A stretch of DNA of 63,587 bases, filler included, from Octopus bimaculoides (taxonomy: Eukaryota), in assembly GCF_001194135.2 (NCBI RefSeq). It is 6 parts of 4 records of this genome, joined end to end, with 100 filler letters (N's around TTAATTAATTAA, not from the genome) between each part and the next. Parts side by side here need not be neighbours in the genome. Positions count along the whole stretch, not along the records: positions 29,322 to 44,348 come from NC_068984.1; positions 44,449 to 56,251 come from NC_068983.1; 4 more parts are not named here. One strand, written 5' to 3'. Positions 40,300 to 50,720 of the stretch are shown piece after piece. The number at the start of each line of letters is the position of its first letter. The first letter of the stretch is position 1. The notes under the pieces are model-generated. The model ran no database searches, was not told where the DNA came from, and saw only the letters and a program-made list of their open reading frames with translations. Both the position numbers and the translations under genes were made by a program.

Positions 40300-41044
40300 A
40301 TTGGAGGATGCTGTGATGAATTATGCATTTCCTAAGGCGGTGAGCTGGCAGAAATGTTAGCACGCCCGCCGAAATGCTTAACGGTATTTCGTCTGCCATT
40401 ATGTTCTGAGTTCAAATTCTGCTGGGGTTGCCTTTCATTCTTTCAGGATCGATAAATTAAGTACCAGTTATGCACTGGGATCAATGTAATTGACTTAATC
40501 CCTTTGTCTGTCCTTGTTTGTCCCCTATATGTTTAGCCCCTTGTTGGCAATAAAGAAATAAGAATTATGCATTTCCTAATGATTTTATTGCTTTGAGGAT
40601 TTACTTAACAATGCCCGAAACAGTTGCATCAGGTGGAAGAAATTTTTCAAAACTAAAACTGATTAAAACATACCTACAGTCAACAATTTTGCAAGAGAGA
40701 CACAGTGATTTGACAATGCTATCTATAAAAAATAACATTATAAAATCGTTCGCTTTCAAATGATTTTGAAAGACTTCTCAGATAAAAAAGCCAGAAAAGT
40801 GTTTTTAGAAGGCTTATTCACATACAGTATGTCAGTGATTATCCTGACTTATAATAAAACATTAAATCTTTCGCTTTTTAGTATATCATTGTGGCTAATG
40901 GTGCAGCCTCAATCCCTCAATGCTTTTTTGGATGGGACTGGTATACTACATGATGCATAAAACATCAGTCTTTAGTTTTTATAGAGTAGAGGGCCCCACT
41001 GACAATTCTATAAATGGGTCCTGCACGTCCTAGCTCCAGCCCTG
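40300..41044 (+). mobile_element. hAT (ZMYM1/Tip100-like) 3' remnant with dimerization domain
   Basis: FPNDFIALRIYLTMPETVASGGRNFSKLKLIKTYLQST..QER..DFSDKKARKV at 40563-40807; end CTAGCTCCAGCCCTG resembles a hAT TIR. Confidence 0.85.
40336..40561 (+). mobile_element. SINE family A inserted in the hAT remnant, with 18-bp TSD
   Basis: GAATTATGCATTTCCTAA at 40318-40335 and 40562-40579. Confidence 0.92.
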
Positions 41045-41259
41045 CATGCAACATTAGTTTTCACAAAAGCATCATACAATCTGTTTTTCATTCTGAGTGA
41101 AAGACTGTTTATTACCAAAAGAAATAACTCACCATTTTTTTCTTCTTGTTCTTATTCTAAAAACTATATTCAGAACATTCTTTTCAACCACTAATTAGAT
41201 CATCTGAGTGACAGAAACTACTATGTCTAGGGAACCTTCTAAGTATTCAAGAAAATCTA

Positions 41260-41700
41260 TTTCTCATGTGTATTACATGTCTATTGTTCCTACATATCTG
41301 CCACATATAAAGTCTACATTCTCTATTAACCTTGTGTGTCCATAGCTTGTACTGAGTGTACAATATGGACTGAGAACTGAGTCCTGGTGAACTCTTACCT
41401 GCACACTAAATTCATTGCTGTACATATAATTAACTCTCACCTTTCTAATAACATCCCTGTACATTGCTTGTATAGCTCTCAAACCATTCATCCATACGAA
41501 GCTTCCTCAAGCGCCATTAGATCACAGAGTGAGGAACTCTGTCTAAGACAAGTACAGAGGCTTAATTTAAACAAAATGCTTCTCCGGCAGTTGTCTTACA
41601 AGAAAGAGGACACAAAACCAAACCGCATCTCATCTAATCTAATTCTCCTGATGATAGTAGATCCTGATGGAGCAAGGACATCCAAATCTTCATATCCTTC
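41260..41700 (-). pseudogene. Old RTE reverse transcriptase fragment
   Basis: IRLDEMRFGFV and LRAIQAMYR..KVRVN..EFSVQVRVHQDSVLSP. Confidence 0.8.
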
Positions 41701-41857
41701 ATTTCTTTATCTATCATACTGCTGCCAATGAGGATAGCTTTCCTTCTGTAGGGTCTATGTTTGGAAGACCCTATTTCTCCTCTGTATCGCACACATATAT
41801 ATATAAAGAGATGCACACAGGCACATATGTATGCATTAATATATATATGTGTGTATA

Positions 41858-42101
41858 CTGTTGTGTCTGGGGAAAGTCATTCTCTCTTAGTGTCTTATAA
41901 TTTAACACACTTACCAGTAAAATTTCCACTCATTTACTTATTTATTTTTCTAAAATTTTCATTGTCTTGCAACCTTTTCAAATTTTGCAAGACACAACGA
42001 AAACTTTAGAAAAATAAATAAGTAAATGAGTGGAAATTTTACCGGTAAGTGTGTTAAATTATAAGACACTAAAAGAGAAAGACTTTCCCCTGACACAACA
42101 G
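41858..42101. mobile_element. Near-perfect hairpin element (about 115-bp arms)
   Basis: CTGTTGTGTCTGGGGAAAGTC..TTGTCTTGCAA mirrored by TTGCAAGAC..GACTTTCCCCTGACACAACAG with an about 11-nt loop. Confidence 0.9.
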
Positions 42102-42173
42102 AATATGATTCAACACGAACTCACATAAAGAATCTTGCAAACCAAATCCCAAAACGAAATGTGTGTGTGTGTA

Positions 42174-42206
<33 letters not shown>

Positions 42207-42759
42207 TACTCTTTTGCTCTTTTACTTGTTTCAGTCATTTGACTGCAGCCATGCTGGAGCACTGCCTTTAGTTGAGCAAATCGACCCCAGGACTTNNNNN
42301 NNNNNNNNNNNNNNNNNNNNNNNNNNNNNNNNNNNNNNNNNNNNNNNNNNNNNNNNNNNNNNNNNNNNNNNNNNNNNNNNNNNNNNNNNNNNNNNNNNNN
42401 NNNNNNNNNNNNNNNNNNNNNNNNNNNNNNNNNNNNNNNNNNNNNNNNNNNNNNNNNNNNNNNNNNNNNNNNNNNNNNNNNNNNNNNNNNNNNNNNNNNN
42501 NNNNNNNNNNNNNNNNNNNNNNNNNNNNNNNNNNNNNNNNNNNNNNNNNNNNNNNNNNNNNNNNNNNNNNNNNNNNNNNNNNNNNNNNNNNNNNNNNNNN
42601 NNNNNNNNNNNNNNNNNNNNNNNNNNNNNNNNNNNNNNNNNNNNNNNNNNNNNNNNNNNNNNNNNNNNNNNNNNNNNNNNNNNNNNNNNNNNNNNNNNNN
42701 NNNNNNNNNNNNNNNNNNNNNNNNNNNNNNNNNNNNNNNNNNNNNNNNNNNNNNNNNNN

Positions 42760-42790
<31 letters not shown>

Positions 42791-42832
42791 GCTTGTATGT
42801 ATGTATAAGCATATATGTATCTATATATCTAT

Positions 42833-43150
42833 ATTCTTTTATTTGTTTCAGTCATTTGACTGTGGCCATGTTGGAGCACCACTTGAAAGGATTTTATTCG
42901 AAAAATCAGCCCAAGGACCTAATCTTTATGCCTAGTACTTATTCTATTGGTTGCTTTTGCCAAACCACTAAGTTACGAGACATAAACACACCACACCAGT
43001 TGTCAAGTGGTGATAGAGGGACAAATACAGACATACAGACACACCAAATCCACTCAGAAGGCACTTGCTTAAAGTGCCATGCAGTGGGACTGAACCTGAA
43101 GCCATGTGATTGGGAAGCAAGCTTCTTATGACACAGCCATGCCTGTGCCT
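42833..43150 (-). mobile_element. SINE family B, CpG-decayed
   Basis: Tail and head blocks in order. Confidence 0.85.
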
Positions 43151-44298
43151 ATCCACACAGCCACACCAGTACCTATATGTATATATATGTATACTCACAT
43201 ACACACACAGATGCACGGTGGTATTTTTGACCAATATAGACTGAACAAAAGGAAGATGTAGTTGTATTAAATGAGATCTTTGCAATAACATCAACACAAC
43301 AATAGCATTGAGATACATTTGAGCCACCATCCTGAGCTGTTAAAAAAACATCAAGAAGTAAAGATTACACCAGTTAATTTTTGAAACATCAATAAAGTTC
43401 ATGTAAAACTTAGTCTGGTCGATGGCTTATAGTAATTTCCTGATATATTACATACATCAGAGTTGAAGTGGTAGATCAGTCAGCTAACACATTACTGGAA
43501 AGTTGTGGTGTTTATATAATTTCTTAATATCAAGAAATGTTTTATACTCTTGAGAGTTAAGTACATTTGGGATGTAAAGAATGATAGGTTTAGTATTGAA
43601 CCTTGCTATTTTCTTTTTGAGGAGAGTTTACTATCATCATTCACATCATCATCGTCATTATCATCATCTACCATTCACTTTTTCGTGCTTGCATTGTTCA
43701 GATAGAATTTGTTGAAGCATATTTTTCTAAGGATGGATGGAAACTCTTCCTGTCACTAACCCTTACTTGTTTCCAAGATAAATTAGATTGAGAAAATACA
43801 ATCAATATAATGTATTAAAAAATAATTAAGACATCATTGGAAATTATGAACTTTTGTAGCATGCACAAACACACACACACACACACACCATACATAGAAT
43901 ATGCAGATAAAACACAAGTAGCAAATATCTAAAATCCATATTACCCATATGTGACATAATTTATGTAATGCATTTTATAGAATACATCTTTCACACATTT
44001 GATATTCATGCAATAAACAAAGTATATGTAAAATGTACATCTTTTATTTGTTTATATGTAAAATGTACATCTTTTATTTTTCATCTTTTCAGCCTTTGAA
44101 CTGCAGCCATGTTGGGGTTCCATCTTGAAGTGATTTTAGTCAAACAAATCAACTCCAATAATTGTATTTTGAAGTCTACCCATTCTATCAGTCTCTTTTG
44201 CCAAATTGTAAAGTTACTGAGATATAAACAAATGAACACTGGTTGCCAAGTGATATAAAAAGACAATCACTGACACAAAGACAAACATGCAAAGATAC

Positions 44299-44348
<50 letters not shown>

Positions 44349-44888
44349 NNNNNNNNNNNNNNNNNNNNNNNNNNNNNNNNNNNNNNNNNNNNTTAATTAA
44401 TTAANNNNNNNNNNNNNNNNNNNNNNNNNNNNNNNNNNNNNNNNNNNNTTAGCTTCTTTGAGTTTCCATCTACTGGCTTTGTTGCGCCCAAGGCTATGGT
44501 AGAAGACACTTGCTCAATCTGCTGCGTGTGGGACTGATCCCAGGACCATGTGGTTGTAAAGGAAGTTTCTTACAACGCAACCACGCCTGCAACATCTTCT
44601 GACATTCTATGAATGCCGATAAAGCAACACACTTCTGTATGCCTTTATAGTTAAACAAATGCTAAATAGAACACTCTATTGGTTGGCTCGTAATGGACTG
44701 TACCACAATATAAATGGACATGCGCAGAGAGCATTGAGCATAGTAAAGCTGAGTGTTGCGTATTGTTGAGGGTTATTAATATTATCTTGAGTAGAGCGAT
44801 TTGCGGAACATTTTTATTGTACCGTTATTTCGTACGTCGAACGTGCGGTACAACACACATACACATAAATATATACACATAAGTACAA

Positions 44889-44945
<57 letters not shown>

Positions 44946-45176
44946 TGTGTGTGCGTGCGTGTGTATAAGTTTGTGTGTATTTACGACGAGGTTCTTACAG
45001 TTTCCATCCACCAAATCCACTCTCAAGGCTTTGGTCGGCCCGAAACTATAGTAGAAAATACTTGCCCAAGGTGCTACGCAGTGGAACTGAATCCAGAACC
45101 ATGTGGCTGGGAAGCAAGCTTCTTTATTTACATTATTTACAATTGATGGATATTTATTTTCATCTTGTTTGTTGTT

Positions 45177-45222
45177 AACACAACGTTTCGGCTAATATAC
45201 CCTCCAGCCTACATCAGGTGTC
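45177..45222 (-). ncRNA. Minimal type I hammerhead ribozyme-like motif (one core deviation)
   Basis: GACAC CTGATGT A GGCTG gagggtatat TAGCC GAAAC GTT GTGTT: stem I GACAC/GTGTT, stem II GGCTG/TAGCC, ACGU palindrome, predicted cut between 45182 and 45181. Confidence 0.7.
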
Positions 45223-45330
45223 TTGGAGAAATTTCGAACCTGAGTTCTCGTTTCTAAGGTATTTTTCGATGCTGTTATTATTATATTTTATTATTATTAT
45301 TATTATTATTATTAATATTATTATTATTAT

Positions 45331-45757
45331 TTTATGTTTGACTTTTGTTTTGCATTTGTACAAGTTGGATCCAAGTCTCACCCAGAGACCTCAAGAGACA
45401 ACAAGTTAGAAGTTCATGTAGGTATTATGCCTAGGGTACCATATATTTGGATTTGTACAGTTTTGTTCTAGTGAATATTTAAGAAACCATAAGAAAATTA
45501 TGTGTTTGTTTTAAAATTTGAGATCACATAGACAGTATTTTACGTAGGATATGGGCAGTTCCCATGAGCACTATCTTTTGAACTTCAGCCATTTTGGGGT
45601 ATCCTGGTATCTGAGCTAGGTAGTAATCAGCCCGTTTCGCTGTCATTCCCAGGGCACCTATGACAGTAGGTATTGTTTTCGTCTTTAGATTCCACATTTT
45701 GCTAATTTCTATTTCAAGATCTTTATATTTGCTCAGTTTTTGGTAGGTCTTGACAGA

Positions 45758-45760
<3 letters not shown>
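45331..45760 (-). mobile_element. 5'-truncated R4/Dong-clade non-LTR retrotransposon (RLE C-terminus plus 3' UTR)
   Basis: Open frame 45760-45524: ISVKTYQKLSKYKDLEIEISKMWNLKTKTIPTVIGALG..VQKIVLMGTAHILRKILSM*; (TAA)n on both sides. Confidence 0.88.
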
Positions 45761-45821
<61 letters not shown>

Positions 45822-45825
<4 letters not shown>

Positions 45826-45896
45826 TCACAGCCTGGGATCGAAGTCGGAATCTTGGGGTTAGTAGCCCGCGCTCTTAACCACTACGTCATGTGCCC
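45822..45896 (-). pseudogene. tRNA-derived SINE head (not a functional tRNA)
   Basis: A-box TGACGTAGTGG, B-box-like CTTCGATCC, acceptor stem GGGCACA/TGTGACC 6 of 7 pairs; T and anticodon stems broken. Confidence 0.8.
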
Positions 45897-48459
45897 GTGG
45901 GCATAATTATGTCCCCACAAAGCTTCTTTCTGCTCATCCATGCCTGAAGCTATCCTGATTTTCATGCCTTGAATAATATTCTATTAGTAATTAGTCTCAC
46001 GTGTTAAGACCTATGTTCAGACTTTGCTTGGATTAACTTTATATTTTACAACCATAGAACCTGTAATGTCGTCTTTGGCGGAATAAAATTTTGAACTTAA
46101 AGCTGAATTGAAGAATAACTGATACTTCTGCTGGTTTACACATGAAAGTATTACTCCATCACTTTTAAATTCATTCATGTTATCTGCATCTGTTGTCTTA
46201 TGTCTTCCACTCCAGCGAAGGAAACATCCCTTACACAAAATTATACTCATGCATAAGTCATTCTCGGTATTTTTTCAATCCAAGATTATGGAAATATTTT
46301 AAGTTTTTCATACACTTAGGGACGTAATCCTATGGAAAGTCCTTTAAGATTTCTTTATCTTAGGGGTCCTTGAAAATGGTTTAAGACAAACATCATGAAA
46401 GCAGTGTGTCTAAAGTGTTGAACTATTTTCTCTAAAATTTTGTAATATAGCTATGTGAAATAATATTCAACGCGCGCACACACACACACACACATACACA
46501 CACACGCACACGCACACGCACACACACGCACACACACACACACACATCTACAAACACACAAACACACACACACATACAAACACATATATATGTTGTTATT
46601 TATACAATAGGGAAAACGAGAGGTGTAACTTCAGAAACGACTGTGTGCAAGACAGGACAAATATTTTGAAATTTTCAACAGACTTATTTTCAAATCACAT
46701 TCTCCAGAGATTAAAATACCAAAATATCCCAAGATATTCCCGAAAGACCATTGCAAATTTGAATACGTTATAAGTGTCGTTTTGATTTTCAAATCTGACA
46801 CCGCCATATGGTATGTATAGGACCACTCTTTAAAATGTATTTGTGTTCTTCATATCTATATATTCTGTTTCTAGCTGAGTGTTTCTTGAAATCAAATAAC
46901 ATTGACAAACGCTGTACTTTAGATAGCACGGTTGTGCGATGTTATACGCATGTATGTTTATATACAAGTATATTTATAGGTACATTTTTGTATATGAAGC
47001 TGATACTATTGGGTTGAATGTACATATTTTAGTAGAAGTAATAATGAAAAATACACATACTCTTCATATCTACCTCAGTGTCTCCTACTAAATATTATAT
47101 ATCATTTCCCAAACTCCTCCTTTATACTGGTGTTTTCGTGCGCAACGACCATAAGTATGTTTACATACATACTTACATATATACATTCATTCATATATTC
47201 ATGCACATATACATACACACATAAATACAAACATACACACATATATNNNNNNNNNNNNNNNNNNNNNNNNNNNNNNNNNNNNNNNNNNNNNNNNNNNNNN
47301 NNNNNNNNNNNNNNNNNNNNNNNNNNNNNNNNNNNNNNNNNNNNNNNNNNNNNNNNNNNNNNNNNNNNNNNNNNNNNNNNNNNNNNNNNNNNNNNNNNNN
47401 NNNNNNNNNNNNNNNNNNNNNNNNNNNNNNNNNNNNNNNNNNNNNNNNNNNNNNNNNNNNNNNNNNNNNNNNNNNNNNNNNNNNNNNNNNNNNNNNNNNN
47501 NNNNNNNNNNNNNNNNNNNNNNNNNNNNNNNNNNNNNNNNNNNNNNNNNNNNNNNNNNNNNNNNNNNNNNNNNNNNNNNNNNNNNNNNNNNNNNNNNNNN
47601 NNNNNNNNNNNNNNNNNNNNNNNNNNNNNNNNNNNNNNNNNNNNNNNNNNNNNNNNNNNNNNNNNNNNNNNNNNNNNNNNNNNNNNNNNNNNNNNNNNNN
47701 NNNNNNNNNNNNNNNNNNNNNNNNNNNNNNNNNNNNNNNNNNNNNNNNATATATATATATATATATATATATAGCAACGTAAAGATCGAGTACTTTTTAA
47801 CTTTCTATTCGGAGAACACGGACGAGATATACATCATATCAACACTCTTCTTTTCCACGTACGCCCCACAAGAAGAAAATTGATCATATTCCTTTTACAA
47901 AATATAATTTAAACACTAAACAAACTAAGATATGTACAGAAAGGCTGAATAAATTCCCTTGTGAAATTAATTATGAAAAAAACGTGTCCGACATATAGCA
48001 TAACACGTCAAACCATATCGTGTTTTACAACAATTCCACATTGAATTCCTCGTTGAAGTTATTGAATATTGCAGGCAATTGTTTGTTTTTTATGTAATTT
48101 TTTTCTTTCCTTCGTTGTGGATCTCTTTTTCACTTATGTTATTATTTTCGATTTGCTTTTCGGTATTCATATTATGGTAATAATTTAGTCTCATACATTT
48201 CAATTTGTTCACCTACTATCTATTTATGTTCAGCAATAGATATAATCATTAATATACATAGATACAGAGGCACACACGAGTTGCCATACGAATGTTCATG
48301 TGAACATACAGTTTTGTGAGCCTGTGAGTCTGTGTGTGTTAGTGTGTGTGCAGACACATACAAATACATTTTCATATATGTGCATATATATATATATGTC
48401 TATACGTACATACACATTATATATGTGTTTACTATTTTGTATATATATATATATATATA

Positions 48460-49401
48460 TATACATTTATAAACATAATTAAGGGATCAGCAAACATTTG
48501 CTTCACCACATACCGAAGTTCAGAAATAGCAGCTAAAAAAGCTGAGACTCCAACAGATAGCATTATTTGTAACTCACAAAGGCAAAAACAAGAAGAAAAA
48601 AACAAAGAAAACTAACCATTCGAAGTTAATCATAGACGCGTTCCTGGATGATGAGCGATAATACTCAATTTCCTTCATCGGTATGATATTCTAGTAGTAA
48701 ATTCGACTATGCTAGCAAACTGTGCATGCATGAACGAGTGAACTTTCATGCATCGGCACAACCTGAAAGCACAATCGAACCTACATCGGCCACCCAGTCC
48801 ACTATTTCTTCCTCAAGAAATTAACATGTGAGTGACAAAAAATACCGCAGAAAATTTGCGGTTTACTATCAGGGAGTGAATAATTATTACAATTAAAAGG
48901 GTTGGTAAAAATTATTAATTGTTGATTTATTAATAAATTTATAAATTGATAAACCTTTACCTTTTTAATTGTAATAATTATTCACTCCCTGATAGTAAAG
49001 CGCAAATTTTCTGCGGTATTGCTTGTGACGCACATGGTAATTTCTAGAGGAAGAAATAGTGGACTGGCTGTCCGATGTAGGTTCGGTTGTGCTTTTAGGT
49101 TGTGCCGATGCATGAATGTTCACTCGTTCATGCATGCACAGTTTGCTAGCATAGTCGAATTTACTACTAGAATATCATACCGATGAAGGAAATTGAGTAT
49201 TATCGCTCATAATCCAGAAACGCGTCTATGATTAACTTCGAACGGTTAGTTTTCATCTGTTTTTTCTTCTTGTTTTTGCCTTTGTGAGTTACAAATAATG
49301 CTATCTGTTGGAGTCTCGGCATTTTTAGCTGCTATTTCTGAACTTCGGTATGTGGTGAAGCAAATGTTTGCTGATCCCTTAATTATGTCTATAAATGTAT
49401 A
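48460..49401. mobile_element. Large foldback element (about 440-bp arms, about 59-bp AT spacer)
   Basis: 48460-48900 mirrors 48960-49401; ORF track shows mirrored FINIIKGSANICFTTYRSSEIAAK peptides. Confidence 0.95.
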
Positions 49402-49608
49402 AGAACTTTTNNNNNNNNNNNNNNNNNNNNNNNNNNNNNNNNNNNNNNNNNNNNNNNNNNNNNNNNNNNNNNNNNNNNNNNNNNNNNNNNNNNNNNNNNN
49501 NNNNNNNNNNNNNNNNNNNNNNNNNNNNNNNNNNNNNNNNNNNNNNNNNNNNNNNNNNNNNNNNNNNNNNNNNNNNNNNNNNNNNNNNNNNNNNNNNNNN
49601 NNNNNNNN

Positions 49609-49660
<52 letters not shown>

Positions 49661-50322
49661 AACACACACATATGTGTCTGTCTATGTGTGTGTGTTTGTG
49701 GGTGTTACTGTGCCGGTGTCACGCAAGCAGCTTATTCGACAATCAGTCTATAAAATAAGCAGCAGAGTAAACGATATGAACTATGGCCGCACCTAGTTTC
49801 TACTTTCTGAAGCTACTACTATTCGTCCTTGTCTATATCAAGGCCCATGCTTTCAACTATCGTTATTCGTTGAGTAATGCCTATATAGTTTATACGCATG
49901 CGTGAACCGTCTCTTCAGGCAGAGATGTTCGTAGGTTTTAGAAGAGAACTATCCATGATACTGCTTCTGAAATTTAACTATTCACAGATTTCGTTTTTGA
50001 TAAGCACACCCCTAGTCTGAAGCTCAATGGCTTTTTAAAGTCTAACTTAACTAAAGAGATATTTGGAGACACTTGTTTATTAGAATTATGTTTGCAGGCG
50101 TTAGTAACTCATCATTTGACAAGTCACTGTCCTGATATGGTTAGACTAAGTCTTTAGATCCGTGAAACATTTTGAGCTTTAATATGAATAACACGAAAAA
50201 TCTATATTGGTGTTATTTTGGGATTGAGTCTGGTGTCTTTTGTGTTTGTGATTCATTTGTCTTTTATAGTTTAACAACGACTATATATGTTGTGTGACTT
50301 CGCTGGGTGACGAGTGCGTTGG

Positions 50323-50651
50323 ATCTTTTCCCTTTCAACGGCAAATCGAGAAATTAATTTTTTGTAACTAAACACTTTCAAACTTTGGACACTGGTAGAA
50401 TGTGTCATATAAAACATAGTTGTTGAGAAACAACGGCAGTAATTTCAATCAGCCGAATACACGTCAGTGATTGTTTGAAATTACCGAAATATGACAACTT
50501 TAACACGAAATGGCTTTGAAAATACAAACTTTTCTCAACAGCACAAAGAGTAAAAGATGTTTTATATGACGCATTCTACCAGTGTCCGAAGTTTGAAACT
50601 GTTTAGCTACAAAAAATTATTTTCTCGATCTGCCGTTGAAAGGGAAAAGAT
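50323..50651. mobile_element. MITE with about 95-bp TIRs
   Basis: ATCTTTTCCCTTTCAACGGCA..ATAAAACAT (50323-50417) mirrored at 50557-50651. Confidence 0.88.
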
Positions 50652-50720
50652 ACATGTGCTTTGTATGTGCTGTGACCGGTTTGAAAATATGCGTTGTCTT
50701 CTTTGTGCTAAGTAATTCTT

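Larger units (their letters stand above)
45129..45896 (-). mobile_element. tRNA-headed SINE with (AAT)n spacer and 3' hammerhead-like motif, split by a Dong/R4 insertion
   Basis: Head 45822-45896, (AAT)n, insert 45331-45760, (AAT)n, B-box-like GGTTCGAAAT, hammerhead-like motif 45177-45222, AT-rich end. Confidence 0.7.

Noticed and set aside
45822-45896. Functional tRNA gene
   Set aside because: T and anticodon stems are broken and the sequence runs into a SINE body. The same applies to the other tRNA-like heads (e.g. 29100-29168, 35040-35111, 63134-63200).
46017-46250. 77-aa non-repetitive ORF on the minus strand
   Set aside because: No recognisable domain or splice context; ORFs of this length are expected by chance in 63 kb.
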